Shown: one piece after another, positions 56,690 to 64,000 of the stretch
Numbering within the stretch: the stretch's first letter is position 1
Layout of the letters: the number at the start of each line of letters is the position of its first letter
NCBI RefSeq assembly: GCF_009914755.1
Contig: NC_060944.1
Length of the DNA: 64,000 bases
DNA from: the human T2T-CHM13v2.0 reference genome, Homo sapiens
Strand: one strand, 5' to 3'
Translations under genes and position numbers: made by a program
Notes under the pieces: model-generated
Databases searched by the model: none
Told to the model about the DNA's origin: nothing
What the model saw: the letters and a program-made list of their open reading frames with translations, nothing else

Positions 56690-56900
56690 GTTCTGGAATG
56701 AGACCTCTCAATTCATGATTATCCAACTGGGAGTCTTTTGGGAAAGTTACTTCACCTCTGTAAGCCTCAGGTTTTTCATCTACAAAATGGAGATAATAAG
56801 CATAACAATTTCTTAAGGTGGTTTTGGAGAATTAATGATACTTGGTAAGGAAAGTGCTTAGCACAAAGTGAGCACTAAATAAACATTAGTTATTTTATTA
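56690..56900 (+). mobile_element. MIR (5' tip apparently at ~55880-55900)
   Basis: ttgggaaagttacttcacctctgtaagcctcaggtttttcatctacaaaatggagataata...aaagtgcttagcaca. Confidence 0.8.
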
Positions 56901-58149
56901 TGACCTATTGTAAGTTTTTGTGTTTTTATTCACATTATGCAGGATCCTAATGTCTAGATATATTTCTGCCACATAATAGCCATTCAATAAATACTTATGA
57001 AGGAATTAATAGCAGTAACAGCTCAAAAGCCTAAAAGAGAGAAAGTAACAGTATATTTTGAGTTGGGGAGATGGAATTTCAGCATAACATTCTTTAATCA
57101 GCTTTTCAATCCATGATTTCTTATCTTTTTAAGAGCCAATTACTGGTTAATAGATAGAATTTTCTGAAACGGAGCACAGGAAGCTATTGTAGGGACACTG
57201 GACTGGCAATCTGGGTAGAAGATTCTTTTCCTCACTTTTTCTTGTTTACCTATTTTCTCTACTTAGAAACTTTTCTGTGTTGTGTAATTTCCATAAGGCA
57301 ACTTACACATTTTTTTAAAATCTGTGAGCCTGATGGGATAATTGATTTTGAAGTCACTCCTTCTGAGTTTTAATTGCAGCTCAATTCTTAATTGTGTGAC
57401 CATGTACAATTGAGCTTATGATTCAGTCTCCCCATATGTAAAATGCAGATAATAATAGATAGCAAAAGTTTTTGCTTATTGTTTTCAAAAAGAAGCCATA
57501 GTAGGGAGAGAATTTTTCAGTACCCAGAAGCTGCGACAAGAATATAGTTAAAAGCAATTCCACCTGGCCTCCTATTGTGTTTTATTTTGTTTTGTTTCTG
57601 ACTGAATCATCTGCTACGGTTAAGCCCACCTCAGCAGGCTGCAGCTCCTCCCAGCTCTCTCTCCTTTCAATCTCATTTCACAAGCCTAGTAATGCTTCCA
57701 TTGCCTCCTCCTGTTACCATTTTTTTGTTTCCTACAGGTTGAGATTCAGTACGTTCTAAGAGGGAGTTCAGTTTCTGCTCCATTGAAAAATAATTATGAC
57801 AAAGCAGCATTTTCCAAAATATGTTTACTAATAAATGTTAGGCAAGAAAATGTTTCTATGGCCCAGGAATTTAGGGAAACACTCGTATAAATAATATTAA
57901 ACAGATGTCTTTATCTTAAGACTATTTGACATTTTAAATATCAGAAGATTCTGTCGCTTTTCTGAAAAAGGGGACAGGATAAGTCACTTGCAAAATGAAA
58001 ATGTTTTTTTTTGAGGCATCTGGAGAACTACTTTTATGAAAGGCACATGTTGGGAAATGTTCTGATGGAGCTAAATCCAAAGAGGATAGTAAGACAAGAG
58101 GGATGATTGGAGGGAAGAAGGGAAGGAATCGTGTGTAATCTGGTGACAA

Positions 58150-58350
58150 GAGCAGCACCATCAAAACCCCAGGCTTGGCTGCAAATCTCGGCTCTCTGCC
58201 ACTTCCCAGCCATGTGATTGAAACTGGTCACTTTAATTCTTTTACAAGCTGTTTTCTCATCTTTAAAATGGGTATAATACTACATCTCTCAAAAGGTCAT
58301 TATGAGAATTTAATTAGAAAAATCAAGCACATAGCCTAATAAGTATGCTT
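58150..58350 (+). mobile_element. MIR
   Basis: aaatctcggctctctgccacttcccagccatgtg...tgttttctcatctttaaaatgggtataata. Confidence 0.75.
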
Positions 58351-60299
58351 TCAAGACAATAAAAAACATAAACACAGAAAAATGTCTTATTTTCCTTATG
58401 TATTTTTTGCATTCCTAGCATTTGCAATGGCATCAATCATAGTAGGCACTCATTAAACTTTTGCTGAATAAATAAATGAACAAAAAAGCTTTATCAATTC
58501 ACTGAATAGGTAATTAATCAAACCTTTGCAGGTTTAGCACTATGCCATATACACAAAAACTAAACAAAATATTATCATTGTAATTAAGTTGAACAGGATG
58601 CATTTTGCTACTGTTAGGCATTCGCATTGTGAGTGCTACAGTCTTTTCTTAGCCTGACATTTTTCTGCAAATGTGTTACTTCCAAAATGAGGGCAGAATT
58701 TGCATGAATAACGTTTTGGTACTAAACACTGTATTTATTAGGATGAACCATTTTTATAGGGCTTTCTAAAACACAATTATATGGACATAAAGATGGACAA
58801 TACAATCTTATCTCCCTTTAGCCAAAGAGTATTGACAATGCAATTTGTGCAAAGTTTATGTGAATTCCTGTAGTTCCTCAGTCGTTTCTTGGTTTGTAGA
58901 TAAATTATCATGTTGAGTAGATTCTTTGTTTTCAACTTGGCATTTTGATTTGTTTTCTTACTTGTTTACTTGACACCAAACAATTAAATTATGCCCCCCC
59001 AAAAAAACGCATAAAAATAAGCCCTTCGGTGACTGAACCTGCATACAGACTGATGCAGAAAAGGCTGAAGCTTCCCAAAGAGGATTGTTTGAATTCTCAA
59101 ACAGAAGATGGTCCCAGGCAGGCAATAACTGCTTCTGTCTAGTGGGCATTAGATTTATAAAGTGAAACTGCTTTTCTCCAAGTTTAAAAGTATAACATGT
59201 AAAAGTTTGACCAGGCCTCATTGCACAAGTGGAGTGCTAATGAGAAATGGGAGGACTCACTGAAGGGAGGACACTGTTCGCATAGGAACAGTGACTCAGT
59301 GCCTCGCAGTACCCTTCCCTGATTTCTCATTATTGCTCCATCTATGCAAGACTGGGTTAAACCACTGGGTTCACTAACAGAAGCATTTCCAGTGACTCCA
59401 GAATCTTTTTAACGTCCTATGTAAAGAGTTCAGAGCAATACATGATGAACTGCACACAAACTCTTTCGGCCTTGGTAACTTTCCTGAGGAAATAGATGTC
59501 AGACCTAATCACAACTCTTTTGCCATTAAGTCTTAGGGGAAAGTTTCTCTTGAAACTATATTGGTATTTAGAAAAAGCTTTGAATCTAAATGTCATGCAT
59601 CTCTCATTTAGATAGATAATTTGTGAGGGAAAATAGTCTGGATGCTATTGGCTCATTCATTCGTTCTACTAAAGGTGGAATGATATGTTAATGTCTTATC
59701 AGCCAAGTCAACCTAGAAATAAGAATGTCAACCATGTTAAATTGTAAGATTATTCAATCTTATAGATTATAATTCCCTATAGCATGCAGAGTTATTTCAC
59801 AGGCTTTATCTTCTTAATTTGACAAATTTTTTAGAGACCCTACTTGCCAAGCACTGAGAATATGAAGTTGAATCAGGAATAGTCTCTAATCTCAATCAAT
59901 TTTCAGACTAATGGAAAAGTCTATCATAGAAACAGTTGTTATGAGCTCTAAAATCATAGATGAAGAATAATTAATTCTCATTGCTGACCAGAGGTAAATA
60001 GAAAGAAGAGTCAAATTTGAGCTGAGAGCCCTAGAGGGATGAAAGAGAGTTTGTCAAAGCCCATTCTGAAGTGAATAACACGGTCATAAGAATGAGCCAT
60101 GGGGAATATGACAAACAGCCTGGTGTGGCCAAAGGGTGGTGGTGGCAGTGGCAGAAGAGAAGCAGCCTGAGAGATGGCTAGGGCCAGAACAAGAGCCATA
60201 GGATCTCTCCTAGTACAGGTGGGCTTCAACTATCCGCGTTTTTACATGTTGCTTTGGCAAACTTGAGAGAATTGATGAATGCCTTCTATCCCTTCACCA

Positions 60300-61235
60300 A
60301 GATTGTATTGAATCCTCTTCCATATACCTACCAGCAGTGTTCTAGGCTCTGGGGATACAACATACTCCCTGATTTCATAGAGTTTACATTCTCTATGAAA
60401 CAGATAATTAATTTAAAAAGCAATAAATAAAAATCTATATATCAAGAAATAAATACTCTGCAGAGTATTAAAGCATGGAATATTAGTCTTTTCTCACTTT
60501 GCTATAAAAAAACACCTCAGACTGGGTAAATTATAAAGAAACGAGGTTTAATTGGCTCATGGTTCTGCAGGCTGTACAGGAAGCATAGTGGCTTCTGCTT
60601 CTGGGGAGATTTCTGGAAGCTTCCAATCATGGCAGAAGGTAAAAGGAGAGCAGGCATCTTCCATGGCAGGAGCAGGAGCAAAAGAAAGAGTGAGGGGAAG
60701 GTGCTACACACTTTTAAACAACCAGATCTCACAAGAACTCATTCACGGGGAGCAGGCATCTTCCATGGCAGGAGCAGGAGCAAAAGAAAGAGTGAGGGGA
60801 AGGTGCTACACACTTTTAAACAACGAGATCTCACAAGAACTCATTCACTGTCATGATAATGGCACCAAGGAGATGGTGCTAAACTGTCCATGGGAAACCC
60901 ACTCCCCTGACCCAACCACCTCCCACCAGGCCCCACCTCCAACACTGGGGATTACAATTCCACATGAGATTTTGGTGGCGAAACAGATCCAAATCATATT
61001 ACATGATAATGTGATAGAAGATAAATAGGTAGTACAATTAGAAAAGATGGTCAGAAAAGGCCTCTCCAAAGAGCCTACATTTGGGCTAAGACTTGAATCC
61101 CCCCAAAAAAGAACTAAACATGCAAAGATCTGAGGGAAGAGCATTCCAGGCGGAAGTGCAAAGGTCCCGAGGACAGAACAAATTCTCTGTGTTTTAGGAC
61201 TAGAAATAAAGCTGGGTGGCTGTAGTGAAGGGAGT
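60300..61235 (-). mobile_element. L2 fragment hosting an MSTA LTR
   Basis: tgttctaggctctggggataca...|...ggtcagaaaaggcctctcc...gggaagagcattccaggc. Confidence 0.75.
60479..61001 (-). mobile_element. MSTA MaLR LTR with an internal 102-bp tandem duplication
   Basis: tattagtcttttctcactttgctataaa...caggccccacctccaacactggggattacaattc...cagatccaaatcatatta, with flanks catgg/catga. Confidence 0.9.
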
Positions 61236-61243
61236 TCTGTACA

Positions 61244-61780
61244 TGTATCAAGTAGCTATTGTTGCATAATAAGCCATCCCACAATTTAATGGCTTAAAAC
61301 AACAATGGTTTATTTAGCTAAGTATTCTTGCATGTCATTAATTTAAACCGAGTTCAGCTAGGTGGGTGTCTCATACATCTATGGACAGCTGTGGGTCATG
61401 GAGGCAACTTTGCTGATCTTAGCCAGGACCTCTAGCATTTCTGGGGTTTTCGTGGGGGCATTTGAACTGACTCAACTCTGCCCCATGTGGTCTCCCATCT
61501 TCCAGGAGGCTAGCCCGGCTTGGTGACTATGTAGGATCCCAAGGAGAGCAGAGGCTCCCAGGCTTCTTGAGGCCTAACCTGAGAACTCACACACCACCAC
61601 TTCTGCCAAACTCTATCACAGAGTAAATATCAAAGGAAATCAAAGGCCAGCCCAGATTTAAAGGGAGGGGAAACAGACTCTGACTCTTGATGGAAGAATC
61701 TGAAAAGTCACATGGCAGAGGGAGTGAATGAAGTAGACGGAGCAGTGGAGTATTGTGGCCATTTTCGCACAGTCCACCAT
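61244..61780 (-). mobile_element. MLT1H-like LTR
   Basis: agctattgttgcataataagccatcccacaatttaatggcttaaaacaac...aggccagcccagattt...tgtggccatttt. Confidence 0.78.
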
Positions 61781-62142
61781 AAAATTGAAAAGATTGACCA
61801 GAGACAGATCATGGAGGGCTTGGCAATCTGTACTGATGAAGCCATGGACCAGAAGAGAAGTGAGTCAATGAAGAGAGTTTCTCTTTTCACATGGCCATAA
61901 AATAATAGTGAGGGCTATGACAGCAAAGAGGAAACAAAAGCTGTAGTGATGAGTGTTAGACAATTGATGAGCTGGGAGAGAATTTGTTGATCCAAATGCA
62001 ATCTTCTCATCCTTACTGTGTTCCAGAAAGTTAATAGGAAAGCTGAAGTTCAAAAACAGTCTCCAAAATTTATTTAAAAAGCAATGAATAAAAATATATA
62101 TGTCAAGAAATAATAAATACTCTGCAGAGTACTAAACCATAG

Positions 62143-62850
<708 letters not shown>

Positions 62851-63391
62851 TGCCATTTCCATACACGAGTCATTCCAACCACCACACTGTCCCCCTGATA
62901 AGACTTGCTGAGACATTTGCTGATACCTAATTGGCTTAGAAATGCAAAAGTACACCTCTAAAGATGAAATTTGACCCTTTCCCCCAGGCTCTGTCTGGAG
63001 GTTGGGTTGCTATCACGAGGTTAAAAAACATTGATGATAATAAACAATCATGATAATATTTTCTTATGTGGAAATTTTATTACCTGATATTTGCAACATT
63101 TAAAAGAGCTAATGAAAATAATAATATATTAATAGCCAACACTGGTTGAGAACTTGCCTTGTTCCTCTTATCTTGACCTCTGAGATGCCAAAAATAAATG
63201 TTGCCAATCCATGCATGTGCAGTTATTCAAGCTATATTTTCTTGAATTGAAATATAAGTCTTAAAACCAGTCTGTTCCCTCACAGCAGATTGATTTCCTT
63301 GAGATTAGAGAGTAGGTTTCATTTATCTTTATGTATCTAGTAGGTCATATAGCATCCTGCACCAAGTAGGCCATCAAAAAATATTCATGGA

Positions 63392-63692
63392 GGCAGTGGC
63401 TGACACCTGTAATCCCAGCACTTTGGGAGGCCGAGGCAGGTGGATCACGAGGTCGGGAGTTCAAGACCAGTCTGGCCAAGATGGTGAAACCCCGTCTCTA
63501 CTAAAAATACAAAAATTTTTATTTTTGTATTACGGGCGTGGTGGCACACACCTGTAATTCCAGCTACTCTGGATGCTGAGGCAGAGAATTGCTTAAACCT
63601 GGAGGGGCAGAGGTTGTCGTGAGCCAAGATCGCACCACTGCACTCCAGCCTGGGCTACAGAGCAAGACTCCGTCTCAAAAAAAAAAAAAAAA
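63392..63692 (+). mobile_element. AluS, slightly 5'-truncated, with rearranged linker
   Basis: Dimeric Alu with an A16 tail and TSD core tcatgga on both sides. Confidence 0.9.
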
Positions 63693-64000
63693 TCATGGAA
63701 AAAGTGAATAAATGGTCTTCCTCAGGGATAGAAAGGGTAAAAAATGTTTTTTAATTAGAAAGATCAACAACTAGAGTAGTTTGAGCCCATTAAACATAGA
63801 GCAAACCTCCTTGGACACCCTCCATTTTCATGTCTGTGTATAAATTGAACAAGATAATGAAACCTTCTGCTTATAAGAAAAAATGTTAGTTTCTATTCTG
63901 CATTGTAGTAGATTTTAAAAAGATTTCCATTGAAAACATCTACTTTTTAACATTTGGTGCTAAATTTGTAAGTTCCTGTTTCCGAAAAAAATTCACTTAA

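Noticed and set aside
60552-61028. 158-aa ORF with an internal 34-aa repeat
   Set aside because: A by-product of the 102-bp duplication in an MSTA LTR. No coding evidence.

Overview
This is primate (most likely human) genomic DNA lying inside the PCSK2 gene (prohormone convertase 2, + strand). The window holds the 3' end of intron 1, the 105-bp coding exon 2 (12976-13080, LPFAEGLYHFYHNGLAKAKRRRSLHHKQQLERDPR, part of the prodomain), and about 51 kb of intron 2. The ORF track does not show this exon in its true frame. The rest is CpG-poor, repeat-rich intron: about 11 Alus plus one monomer, young L1PA and old L1M LINEs, L2/MIR/CR1 fossils, MaLR, ERVL and ERV1 LTRs, hAT MER fossils and microsatellites. 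No RNA gene, CpG island or second gene was recognised, and I cannot support a new biological system. The most interesting items are: (i) a frame-symmetric exon carrying the secondary prodomain cleavage site; (ii) several readable DNA rearrangement scars, namely a twin-primed inverted L1, a young Alu with no target-site duplication (TSD), an inverted triplication in an AT-rich palindrome region, and a local L2/MSTA duplication with a later 102-bp tandem duplication; (iii) a divergent CTCF-like pair and RFX-centred enhancer candidates. Repeat subfamily names come from recalled consensus sequences and need RepeatMasker/Dfam confirmation. Boundaries of old elements are approximate.
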